Positions 13,296 to 26,400 of a DNA stretch of 64,000 nt are shown here, piece by piece. Location: NCBI GenBank assembly GCA_950097015.1, contig CATNEN010000001.1, positions 6,324,001 to 6,388,000 of the forward strand, written 5' to 3'. The notes beneath the pieces were generated by a model. The model saw only the letters and a list, made by a program, of their open reading frames with translations. It had not been told where the DNA came from and did not search any database. Source of the DNA: Macrostomum hystrix. Its lineage: Eukaryota; Animalia; Platyhelminthes. The position numbers and the translations under genes are program-made. Position 1 is the stretch's first letter. Every line of letters begins with the position of its first letter.

Positions 13296-14193
13296 CACGC
13301 CAGACCTTTTGTAACTGAAACTTGGAAACGTAAATCAAGCATATCTTTTGTTGATTTCCTTAACACTTGTGACGCACTTTTATTGTGCAGCTTGCTATAT
13401 GGCTATCCTATACTTGGTTTGAAAAAGCATACATATGATGTATCACCTTAACAAGAACTCTAATCTCAGATATAATATCTCGTTTCCAATTTTACGTTAT
13501 AATTATCGTCTTCAGCATCACTAGATGCAGGGTGCTTATTTTGCACGATCGCAATAACATTAGATAGTATTTTTTCTAATTCAACCCCAGGTTAGGATTT
13601 GGTATCCATTTCGATTTGAGAAAGTCTTCTCAGCTAAGGCCGTCGATTAAGCCTTCTGTTCTGAGGCAGGTTAATAGCGACACACTGCATACTTTAGACA
13701 TATTAAACCCTGTGCCTTTCTATTATTTAGCTGACGACTTCCGCTAAAGACATCTGAATTGCTTTGCAGTTCGACATTGCTGATACGCGATGAGGAGCCG
13801 GTTGAGGAGATTGTGTGTAGGGGAGAGGGGGGAGGGACCTCAGGGATGTGGGATCTGGGCGCTTCATGAGGGAGGCTTTTATGTAGGGATCGCTGCAGGT
13901 CGGCTAGAGATAGGTCCCGGGGCTAGGGGTAGAGAGATGAGGGTGTGGGGTGGGCTTTTTGGATTGGGAGGGACGGGGCGAGTGGGAGAAAGCAGTGAGG
14001 GTTAGACGACTGGTCGAGAGCACACACAGGGGGGGAGAATTTCCTTTCTTTCTTTCTTTCTGTCAAATTTTCGTCTTTAAAGCATCCTCCAGTCGGATTG
14101 GCGTCATCTGCCCGTCTTTCTCGCCATTCTTATTATCAACCGTTTCTGTTTCTTAGTTTCTAAGATAGCGATCGTTTATTGAACGGTTTTTGA

Positions 14194-14429
14194 ATGTCTT
14201 CTTCGTCGAATTCTTCGTCCCCGCAGCCGCAGCAGCCACCGTCGCTCGCTCCGCTGCCGTCACCGTTGCAGCAGCAGCAGCAGCAGCAGCAGCATAGTTC
14301 AGTAAACCCAGAGCCTGCCCGCATTGTTGTTGAAGATCTGAGTGACTACTGCAGCAGTGCGGGCGCCGTTGCCACTGGCTCCAGTTCACCGTCTGGTACA
14401 TCGCCGCCAGCTTCTAAATCGCCTAATCG
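14194..14429 (+). CDS. DGKZ: Candidate alternative first coding exon 1A (Ser/Pro/polyQ-rich N-terminus)
   Basis: ATG-initiated GC-rich [14 protein letters not shown]...KSPNR ending at CG|GTGAGT; phase 2 matches the acceptor at 32229. Confidence 0.65.
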
Positions 14430-17400
14430 GTGAGTTTGTTCTCAATGCTGATTGTTTTAGCTTGAATATTTTCGTCTATGGTCATTTGGCTTTGATTCTA
14501 ACACTTTTATGCCATCTTTCTGCCTTTGTGGAGATGTTCATTATTTTAGTTGATTTTCTTTTTTCTTTACCCATTTGTTTACTTCTCTTCTCTCCCTCTT
14601 CCCCTCTCCCTGTCTCCTCTCCCTATCTCCCTCTCTCTCCCCCCTCTCTCCCCCCTCTCCCTCTCTCCCTCTCTCTCAGTCTCTCTCCCTCTCCCTTTCA
14701 TCCTCTCTCCCATCTCCCTCTCTCCCTACTCCTTCCCTACCCATAATCTCATCCAAGATGAAGCCTGAAATATTTGATCACGTTTTTTCCTAGCCGTACA
14801 ATAACTTCAATCGAATATTTGAAGTACATCCATCTTTTTAAAAAGCTAATTAGTAGTAAGTGGGTTGAATCTGATGCTGGCATGGGTCCTCCAAGCTGCA
14901 CTCTCTCTCCCTCTGTCTGTCCACCTCTAAGTCTGTCCCCGTATCTGGGCTGCACTATTTTCTTTTACCCCGTTAGCTCGGCATATCCCATTTTGGCCAA
15001 ATAATTTTTCCCAATATAGATTTAGCTAGTGGTTTAGAAAATTGCCAGGATGTATGCGCCTTGGTATGCTATGCCCCCCAGGCAGCGTGTCTACAGACTG
15101 CCGTTTCCTCGTTGGCCTCAGCTAGACGAGTGGACAGGCTTTTTTAATTTAACATGTGTAGCTCGCTCTGCTGCTAATGTACTGGCCATATAGTTTCCCA
15201 GTTTGCATTGAAGAAAAATTGTAAATCACTGAACAGATGGTATTTATGACTCTTACTGACGGTGTAAAATACTAGCGAGAGAGGAGATGATAAGACGGCG
15301 CGAGAGAGATGATGAGACGGCGCGAGGGAGGAGATGATGAGACGGCGCGAGAGAGATGATGAGACGGCGAGACAGAGATGATAAGACGGCGCGAGAGAGA
15401 TGATGAGACGGCGCGAGGGAGGAGATGATGAGACGGCGCGAGGGAGGAGATGATGAGACGGCGCGAGAGAGATGATAAGACGGCGAGAGAGGAGATGATG
15501 AGACGGCGCGAGAGAGATGATGAGACGGCGCGAGAGAGGAGATGATGAGACGGCGCGAGAGAGGAGATGATGAGACGGCGCGAGAGAGGAGATGATGAGA
15601 CGGCGCGAGAAAGGAGATGATGAGACGGCGAGAGAGGAGATGATGAGACGGCGCGAGAGAGGAGATGATGAGACGGCGCGAGAGAGATGATGAGACGGCG
15701 CGAGAGAGGAGATGATAAGACGGCGAGAGAGGAGATAATGAGATGAGACGGCGAGCGAGGAGATGATGAGACGGCGCGAGGGAGGAGATGATGAGACGGC
15801 GCGAGAGAGATGATGAGACGGCGCGAGAGAGGAGATGATAAGACGGCGCGAGAGAGATGATAAGATGGCGAGAGAGAGATGATAAGACGGCGAGAGAGGA
15901 GATAATGAGACGGCGCGAGAGAGGAGATGATGAGACGGCGCGAGAGAGGAGAGGATGAGACGGCGCGAGAAAGGAGATGATGAGACGGCGAGAGAGGAGA
16001 TGATAAGACGGCGAGAGAGGAGATGATGAGACGGCGAGAGAGGAGATGATAAGACGGCGTGAGAAGAGATGATGAGACAGCACGAGAGGAGATGATGAGA
16101 CGGCGAGAGAGGAGATGATGAGACGGCGAGAGAGGAGATGGTAAGACGGCGAGCGAGGAGATGATGAGATGAGACGGCGAGCGAGGAGATGATGAAATGA
16201 GACGGCGAAGTAGGATGTAATGAGAAGGCGAGAGACAAGTTGATGAGACGGCGAGAGAGGAATTGATGAGAAGTCGAGATAGGACGATGAAATAGCAAGA
16301 TAGGAGATATAAGATGGCGAGTCGGGAAGCAACAGCCATACAGAGAAAAGCATGAAGTCCCCAGGAAAAATGCAACTCTTCATCATTGGTTTAGTTGAAA
16401 TTTTCTTGGCATTCTCTTGAACTAGATTTGATTTGCCACGCGTCTAGCAGAGCCAGCTAGTGTTTGTAAAGCATTTCAGCTTTTACTCTGACCAGATGTA
16501 GATGCAGCATATAGTTCTGCTTCATGCTCTAGATTTTATTTATTTATTTGCCGATGGTATGCTGTGAGCAGATCGCATTGGTTAGAAATGCTAATTCAAT
16601 TATAGCGACCCTGATTGTGAAGCTAGCAGTGGTGACTTTACTCTGACTACGAGCTAAGTGCATTCGTTTCCTTATGATTTTATGCGACTTGTCCTGTAGA
16701 CAAATATTAATCGGAAAAATATGGCATCCAAACTCAAATATAACCAGGAATCGAAGCAAGACACGAACCAAGAATCGCAGCTAGAACGAAACCAAGAATC
16801 GTAGCTAGAACCAAACCAAGAATCGCAGCTAGAACCAAACCTAGAATCGCAGCTAGACCCAAACCAAGAATCGCAGCTAGACCCAAACCAAGAATCGCAG
16901 CTAGAACGAAACCAAGAATCGCAGCTAGACCCAAACCGAGAATCGCAGCTAGACCCAAACCAAGAATCGCAGCTAGAACGAAACCAAGAATCGTAGCTAG
17001 AACCAAACCAAGAATCGCAGCTAGAACCAAACCTAGAATCGCAGCTAGACCCAAACCAAGAATCGCAGCTAGACCCAAACCAAGAATCGCAGCTAGAACG
17101 AAACCAAGAATCGCAGCTAGACCCAAACCGAGAATCGCAGCTAGACCCAAACCAAGAATCGCAGCTAGAACGAAACCAAGAATCGTAGCTAGAACCAAAC
17201 CAAGAATCGCAGCAAGAACCAAACCAAGAATCGCAGCTAGAACCAAACCAAGAATCGCAGCAAGACCCAAACCAAGAATCGCAGCTAGACCCAAACCTAG
17301 AATCGCAGCTAGAACCAAACCAAGAATCGCAGCTAGAACTAAACCAAGAATCGCAGCTAGACCCAAACCTAGAATCGCAGCTAGAACGAAACCAAGAATC

Positions 17401-20400
17401 GCAGCTAGAACGAAACCAAGAATCGCAGCTAGAACGAAACCAAGAATCGTAGCTAGAACCAAACCAAGAATCGCAGCAAGACCCAAACCAAGAATCGCAG
17501 CTAGACCCAAACCTAGAATCGCAGCTAGAACCAAACCAAGAATCGCAGCTAGAACTAAACCAAGAATCGCAGCTAGACCCAAACCTAGAATCGCAGCTAG
17601 ACCCAAATCAAGAATCGCAGCTAGAACGAAACCAAGAATCGTAGCTAGAACCAAACCAAGAATCGCAGCAAGAACCAAACCAAGAATCGCAGCTAGAACC
17701 AAACCAAGAATCGCAGCAAGACCCAAACCAAGAATCGCAGCTAGACCCAAACCTAGAATCGCAGCTAGAACCAAACCAAGAATCGCAGCTAGAACTAAAC
17801 CAAGAATCGCAGCTAGACCCAAACCTAGAATCGCAGCTAGAACGAAACCAAGAATCGCAGCTAGAACGAAACCAAGAATCGCAGCTAGAACGAAACCAAG
17901 AATCGCAGCTAGAACCAAACCAAGAATCGCAGCAAGACCCAAACCAAGAATCGCAGCTAGACCCAAACCTAGAATCGCAGCTAGAACGAAACCAAGAATC
18001 GCAGCTAGAACGAAACCAAGAATCGCAGCTAGAACGAAACCAAGAATCGCAGCTAGAACCAAACCAAGAATCGCAGCAAGACCCAAACCAAGAATCGCAG
18101 CTAGACCCAAACCTAGAATCGCAGCTAGAACCAAACCAAGAATCGCAGCTAGAACTAATCCAAGAATCGCAGCTATACCCAAACCTAGAATCGCAGCTAG
18201 ACCCAAATCAAGAATCGCAGCTAGAACGAAACCAAGAATCGCAGCTAGAACTAAACCAAGAATCGCAGCTAGACCCAAACCAAGAATCGCAGCTAGACCC
18301 AAACCTAGAATCGCAGCTAGACCCAAACCAAGAATCGCAGCTAGAACCAAACCAAGAATCGCAGCAAGACCCAAACCAAGAATCGTAGCTAGAACCAAAC
18401 CAAGAATCGCAGCTAGACCCAAACCACCAAGAATCGCAGCTAGAACCAAACGAAGAGTCGCAGCTAGAACCAAACCAAGAATCGCAGCAAGACCCAAACC
18501 ACCAAGAACCGCACCTAGAACCAAACGAAGAATCGCAGCTAGACCCAAACCAAGAATCGCAGCTAGAACGAAACCAAGAATCGTAGCTAGAACCAAACCA
18601 AGAATCGCAGCTAGACTCAAACCAAGAATCGCAGCTAGACTCAAACCAAAAATCGCAGCTAGAACCAAACCAAGAATCGCAGCTAGAACCAAACCAAGAA
18701 TCGCAGCTAGAACCAAACCAAGAATCGCAGCTAGAACCAAACCAAGAATCGCAGCTAGACCCAAACGAAGAATCGCAGCTAGAACCAAACCAAGAATCGC
18801 CGCTAGAACCAAACCAAGAATCGCAGCTAGAACCAAACCAAGAATCGCAGCTACGAACGAGTCAAAAGTTTTTATTGCAGGTGGAATTCCGTTAAGGAAA
18901 TCGCAGCTCTAATAAAAAAAACAAATGTCTTGCGCTCAAGATTTCGCTTTTAATGACCATGTTATTGGGGCGTTGCCCACCTTGCTAATGCTAAAGACAT
19001 GCAAAAGAATTCTATGATTTGTCATTTGTGAAAGATTTGTACTGTGAAAGAAAGAATCGAAAATACTTCATACTGTAGGTATTCACATAAAGCACAATTG
19101 ATTACTGATTGGTTTTTGATCAGTCTAGCGGTAAAATTTATAATGCAAAACAACTTGCAACTGAGTGCACTGCTATTTCTGAAAAGCGAAAAATTTTAAA
19201 TGTTTTTTATACATTCTTTACTATATATGTTATGTTTAAACTCCATCTTAGACGTGTGATAAATCTAATGAGCAAAAATATTACAATAGCCATGAGGTTT
19301 ATTTTAAAAAACTGTTTTAATCAAAACGAAATACTTGCTAAAACTGAAGCTTCATCGACCATGGACACTTGCTAAAACTGAAGCTTCATCGACCATGGAC
19401 ACTTGCTAAAACTGAAGCTTCATCGACCATAGACACTTGCTAAGCCTGAAGCTTCATCGACGATAGACACTTGCTGAGCCTGAAGCTTCATCGACGATAG
19501 ACACTTGCTGAGCCTGAAACTTCATCGACCATGGACACTTGCTGAGCCTGAAACTTCATCGACCATGGACACTTGCTAAAACTGAAGCTTCATCGACCAT
19601 AGACACTTGCTGAGCCTGAAACTTCATCGACCATGGACACTTGCTGAGCCTGAAACTTCATCAACCATGGACACTTGCTGAGCCTGAAACTTCATCGACC
19701 ATGGACACTTGCTGAGCCTGAAACTTCATCGACCATGGACACTTGCTAAAACTGAAGCTTCATCGACCATAAACACTTGCTGAGCCTGAAACTTCATCGA
19801 CCATGGACACTTGCTGAGCCTGAAACTTCATCGACCATGGACACTTGCTAAAACTGAAGCTTCATCGACCATAGACACTTGCTGAGCCTGAAGCTTCATC
19901 GACGATAGACAACTTGCTGAGCCTGAACCTTCATCGACCATGGACACTTGCTGAGCCTGAAACTTCATCGACCATAGACACTTGCTGAGCCTGAAACTTC
20001 ATCGACCATGGACACTTGCTAAAACTGAAGCTTCATCGACCATGGACACTTGCTAAAACTGAAGCTTCATCGACCATAGACACTTGCTGAACCTGAAGCT
20101 TCATCAACCATAGACACTTGCTGAACATGAAACTTCATCGACCATAGACATTTTCTGAGCCTGAAACTTCATCGACCATAGACATTTTCTGAGCCTGAAA
20201 CTTCTTCGACCATAGACATTTTCTGAGCCTGAAACTTCATCGACCATAGACATTTGCTGAGCCTGAAACTTCATCGACCATAGACACTTGCTGAAACTGA
20301 AGCTTCATCGACCATAGACACTTGCTGAACCTGATGCTTCATCGACCATAGACACTTGCTGAACCTGATGCTTCATCGACCATGGACACTTGCTGAAACT

Positions 20401-23400
20401 GAAGCTTCATCGACCATGGACACTTGCTAAAACTGAAGCTTCATCGACCATAGACACTTGCTGAGCCTGAAACTTCATCGACCATGGACACTTGCTGAGC
20501 CTGAAACTTCATCAACCATGGACACTTGCTGAGCCTGAAACTTCATCGACCATGGACACTTGCTGAGCCTGAAACTTCATCGACCATGGACACTTGCTAA
20601 AACTGAAGCTTCATCGACCATAAACACTTGCTGAGCCTGAAACTTCATCGACCATGGACACTTGCTGAGCCTGAAACTTCATCGACCATGGACACTTGCT
20701 AAAACTGAAGCTTCATCGACCATAGACACTTGCTGAGCCTGAAGCTTCATCGACGATAGACAACTTGCTGAGCCTGAACCTTCATCGACCATGGACACTT
20801 GCTGAGCCTGAAACTTCATCGACCATAGACACTTGCTGAGCCTGAAACTTCATCGACCATGGACACTTGCTAAAACTGAAGCTTCATCGACCATGGACAC
20901 TTGCTAAAACTGAAGCTTCATCGACCATAGACACTTGCTGAACCTGAAGCTTCATCAACCATAGACACTTGCTGAACATGAAACTTCATCGACCATAGAC
21001 ATTTTCTGAGCCTGAAACTTCATCGACCATAGACATTTTCTGAGCCTGAAACTTCTTCGACCATAGACATTTTCTGAGCCTGAAACTTCATCGACCATAG
21101 ACATTTGCTGAGCCTGAAACTTCATCGACCATAGACACTTGCTGAAACTGAAGCTTCATCGACCATAGACACTTGCTGAACCTGATGCTTCATCGACCAT
21201 AGACACTTGCTGAACCTGATGCTTCATCGACCATGGACACTTGCTGAAACTGAAGCTTCATCGACTATAGACACTTGCTGAACCTGAAGCTTCATCGACC
21301 ATAGACACTTGCTGAACCTGAAGCTTCATCGACCATAGACACTTGCTGAACCTGAAGCTTCATCGACCATAGACACTTGCTAAAACTGAAGCTTCATCGA
21401 CCATGGACACTTGCTAAAACTGAAGCTTCATCGACCATAGACACTTGCTGAGCCTGAAACTTCATCGACCATGGACACTTGCTGAGCCTGAAACTTCATC
21501 GACCATGGACACTTGCTAAAACTGAAGCTTCATCGACCATAGACACTTGCTGAGCCTGAAGCTTCATCGACGATAGACAACTTGCTGAGCCTGAACCTTC
21601 ATCGACCATGGACACTTGCTGAGCCTGAAACTTCATCGACCATAGACACTTGCTGAGCCTGAAACTTCATCGACCATGGACACTTGCTAAAACTGAAGCT
21701 TCATCGACCATGGACACTTGCTAAAACTGAAGCTTCATCGACCATAGACACTTGCTGAACCTGAAGCTTCATCAACCATGGACACTTGCTGAACATGAAA
21801 CTTCATCGACCATAGACATTTTCTGAGCCTGAAACTTCATCGACCATAGACATTTTCTGAGCCTGAAACTTCTTCGACCATAGACATTTTCTGAGCCTGA
21901 AACTTCATCGACCATAGACATTTGCTGAGCCTGAAACTTCATCGACCATAGACACTTGCTGAAACTGAAGCTTCATCGACCATAGACACTTGCTGAACCT
22001 GATGCTTCATCGACCATAGACACTTGCTGAACCTGATGCTTCATCGACCATGGACACTTGCTGAAACTGAAGCTTCATCGACTATAGACACTTGCTGAAC
22101 CTGAAGCTTCATCGACCATAGACACTTGCTGAACCTGAAGCTTCATCGACCATAGACACTTGCTGAACCTGAAGCTTCATCGACCATAGACACTTGCTAA
22201 AACTGAAGCTTCATCGACCATAGACACTTGCTGAGCCTGAAACTTCATCGACCATGGACACTTGCTGAGCCTGAAACTTCATCGACCATGGACACTTGCT
22301 AAAACTGAAGCTTCATCGACCATAGACACTTGCTGAGCCTGAAACTTCATCAACCATGGACACTTGCTGAACATGAAACTTCATCGACCATGGACACTTG
22401 CTGAAACTGAAGCTTCATCGACCATGGACACTTGCTGAAACTGAAGCTTCATCGACCATAGACACTTGCTGAACCTGAAACTTCATCGACCATGGACACT
22501 TGCTGAAACTGAAGCTTCATCGACCATAGACACTTGCTGAAACTGAAACTGAAACTTCATCGACCATGAACACTTGCTGAGCCTGAAGCTTCATCGAACA
22601 TGGACACTTGCTAAAACTGAAGCTTCATCGACCATGGCACTTGCTGAACCTGATGCTTCATTGACCATAGACACTTGCTGAAACTGAAACTTCATCGACC
22701 ATAAACACTTGCTGAGCCTGAAGCTTCATCGACTATATACACTGGCTGAACCTGAAGCTTCATCGACTATAGAAACTTGCTGAACCTGAAACTTCATCGA
22801 CCAGAGAGACTTGCTGAACCTGAAACATTATCAACCATAAACTTGCTGAACAGGAATCATAAATTAAAGTAGATCGATTAACCTTTTTCTAAAACAACGA
22901 CTCAAAGTTATCTTTAATATCCAGCTTCTCAGGCAAAAATATTTTTACCTGGCAGTCATCTTCTTTCAGCCAGTAATTTCAAATCCTTGTGTAGTATGCT
23001 GTAAAAGGAATTATTTTATGGATAAGTCGACTTCAGCTGAAATCCCAATGCTAAAAACCATTCCAATTTCACGTGTTCCATTACCTTCGGAATACTTTTT
23101 TCCTGCTAAACTGCTAAAATTGCCTAGGCTACAACGATTCTACCGAAGCGATTATGTTCAGCACTCCGCTAGCTCAGAAAGTTCAACTTGGCTTGCCTCC
23201 CTCCCTCCCTCCCTCACTCTCTCAACCCCTTCTTCAATTTCCTGTCGTGTTTGTTCTGCTCCCAGAACAGTGGAGAGTTGACTGTCTATATATATAGATA
23301 TACACGTAGACACGAAAATGGGCTAAAAGCTCACCTGGGCATAATCTAGTGTCTCAATTTTTTGTTTTTTATAGATCGTGCTGAGAGAGAAATCGCCTAG

Positions 23401-26400
23401 AAATCGCTATCAAATGTATATACATATATGCATATATGCATGTAGTGCGAAGTAGTTACTACGACGCTATTAACTTTTCGAGTGCAATATGAACATAATC
23501 AATTGAGCACACTATCGAATATAGATTAACGTCCCACTTATTGCTTTTACACAGTGTAAAAAACTTATCAAATAACAAGGGAACGGTTTACACTCAGTAT
23601 GCCTTACATTGGGTTGTAGGCTTAAAATAGGCTACTAAAACTGAATGTACATTCTCATTTAAACCTCATTAAACTGAATGTACATCCTCATTCAAACCCC
23701 GCCAAAACTGAATCTACATCCTCATTCAAACTCCACCAAAACTTAATGTACATCCTCACTCAAACCCCTTCAAAACTGAATATACATCCTTATTCAAACC
23801 CCACTAAAACTGAATGTACATCCTCATTCAAACCCCACCAAAACTGAATGTATATCCTCATTCAAACCCCACCAAAACTGAATGTACATCCTCATTCAAA
23901 CCCCGCCAAAACTGAATGTACATCCTCATTCAAACCCCGCCAAAACTGAATGTACATCCTCACTCAAACCCCACCAAAACTGAAATGTACATCCTCATTC
24001 AAACCCCGCCAAAACTGAATGTACATCCTCACTCAAACCCCACCAAAACTGAAATGTACATCCTCACTCAAACCCCACCAAAACTGAAATGTACATCCTC
24101 ATTCAAACCCCACTAAAACTGAATGTACATCCTCATTCAAACCCCGCCAAAACTGAATGTACATCCTCACTCAAACCCCACCAAAACTGAATGTACATCC
24201 TTATTCAAACCCCACTAAAACGGACATCCTCACTCAAAACCCTTCAAAACTTAATGCACATCCTCACTCAAACCCCACCAAAACTGAATGTACATCCTCA
24301 TTTAAACCCCGCCAAAACTTAATGTACATCCTCACTCCAACCCCACCAAAACTGAATGTACATCCTCATTAAAACCCCACCAAAACTGAAATGTACATCC
24401 TCACTCAAACCCCGCCAATACTAAATGTACATCCTCATTCAAATTCTACCAAAACTGAATGTAAATTTTAATTTAAACCCCATTAAACTGAATGTATGAT
24501 TCCAATAACTGGATTGTACATATTGTCCTCAAAGTCTCAAACCTATCAGCATACATTTAGAATTCAAATTTGGTTTGCATCCTAATAAAAACGCCCATTA
24601 AACTGAAAATACTAGTGCATTCTCATGCATACGATAACTTTGCACTTTTGAGTTAGAAAATGGTTAATTTCTATCTCCAGTGTTCCGTTTTCTATACAAT
24701 CGAAGGGCTCATGCACCGCTTTAGAGATGCTCGCTATTAGTGTTTCCTGCAAATTAAACCGCTCTTGTAAGCCGATGAAGATCGATGCCTTTCTAAGTCC
24801 AATCTGTTGATTGTGCGGCAGCTCCTACTGAGCTCTTTAAATGTCAATCACACTTTATTATTGAGTTGAGATATTGTGTAAAATAATGGTTTTTACGAGG
24901 TATATTATTTTTTGCAATTATCAACATATTTACCCCGATAAATATCATCCACAGTTTCTGTGGATTTTTTCATGCATAAAATTTTGTTGATGAGTGGCAG
25001 AGGGGTCTAACACGTTTGCCTCTCGATTCCGCGGCGAGACTACATCAATTTTGGTGGAGCCGCATAGAGAAGGCTTGGGGGCTTCTCGTGCAATTTACGC
25101 CATTGAGGGCCAACCTCCAAGTCACAGTGAGAGTGTATAGTGTCTGACGCTGAGGAAGTCAGGGCAGATGTACACACCTGTGTGAGCGTGCTCAAGGGTC
25201 AGCGAAATGGGCAGAATTGCCTCCTCGCTGGCTGCGGGTCTAGTGTCACTAAATGATGTGCCATCGCAGGTATTATTGTTATAAATGTAAAAGATTTTGG
25301 TGATTTGGTGAAATATTACTGTTGCGCAGCTGTTTTGAATTTATCAGATTTTTTCGAGTCCAATGAAACATTCTGTGCATTGCTGCATATATTGCTTTAG
25401 TAAATTCGCAACGTCGTTAGCAGTTTTTTCAAATAGTTTTATATTCAAAATTTGCTGACAATATTCTACTGTGTCTACTGATTGCAATCAGTAGGCGGTT
25501 TAGCATATCTGGTTTATGTTGATCAAATTTTTGTTAATTTTAGTCGCACGAATCTTTACTGAATCTCGAGTGCCTCTCTCATTTCCACATGGTTTTTTCT
25601 GCTCTCTACGAAAAAAATGATTGAGAATTAATTAAGCCGCCAAGTTGGTGAGCTAGGTAGTCTCACTCGCACGGTGACAATATTATTAATTCAGTAGCAC
25701 GACACCACTTCTCTAAACCAAAACATATTTAGCTGCTAAGTAAATGATTTATTCAACCGTCTCTGCTGTCTCTACTAAGGCTAGGAATAAAATGCTCACA
25801 GTTTCCGTATATTTTGATGCAATAGTTAACTAGCTAGTTTATTTTGTTGCCTAGGTAGTTGGGCCTACTTGTTAAAAGGTCGGAATCACAACTTGAAGGT
25901 CGGGTGTTCGATTCCAAACTCGACTGGAACAATTTGTGTCCTTTAGCTAGACACTTAACTCTGCATTGCTTCAGTTCACAAAGTTTTTAAATGGTTACCA
26001 GCCATGGCGTCTCCACAGTCCATGGACTGAACAGCCCTACACAGCCTTCAGAAGCGCCGCGGAATAGCTGCGGCTGTACCACTGGCTGTACTTCTGAATC
26101 TACGTTGTAGGACCTGAGTCATCTTCACTTCTGTTTCTTAAACGAAACACCTTCCTGCCTGTCTCTCTCCCGCTGCATTCGCGATTGTCTTTTCCTCTTC
26201 CCAGTTCAAGGCTACCCCAACCATTCCTTCTCCGCCTTTATAACCGAGGCCGTCACTGACTGGCTGGAAATCATCTGGCCTAGCCCAGCCTTCCTTCTCT
26301 CTTCCTTTCCCTGTTAAATTCTCCCCCTCAGTTTCTCTATCCTGTCGCCCTGCCAAGTTGACGGCTTGGGTTAAGGAAACAATCGAAGCCTAGTTACATG

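Noticed and set aside
16734-18836. 700-aa hydrophobic (LGLVLAAI)n ORF, and the opposite-strand (RIAARTKP)n frame
   Set aside because: 24-bp tandem repeat with no ATG or splice context; the two 27-bp variants are simple CCA slippage.
19333-24498. CRISPR-like arrays (34-bp units; also the 28-bp array at 32.4 kb)
   Set aside because: Head-to-tail repeats without unique spacers, no cas genes, eukaryotic intron context.
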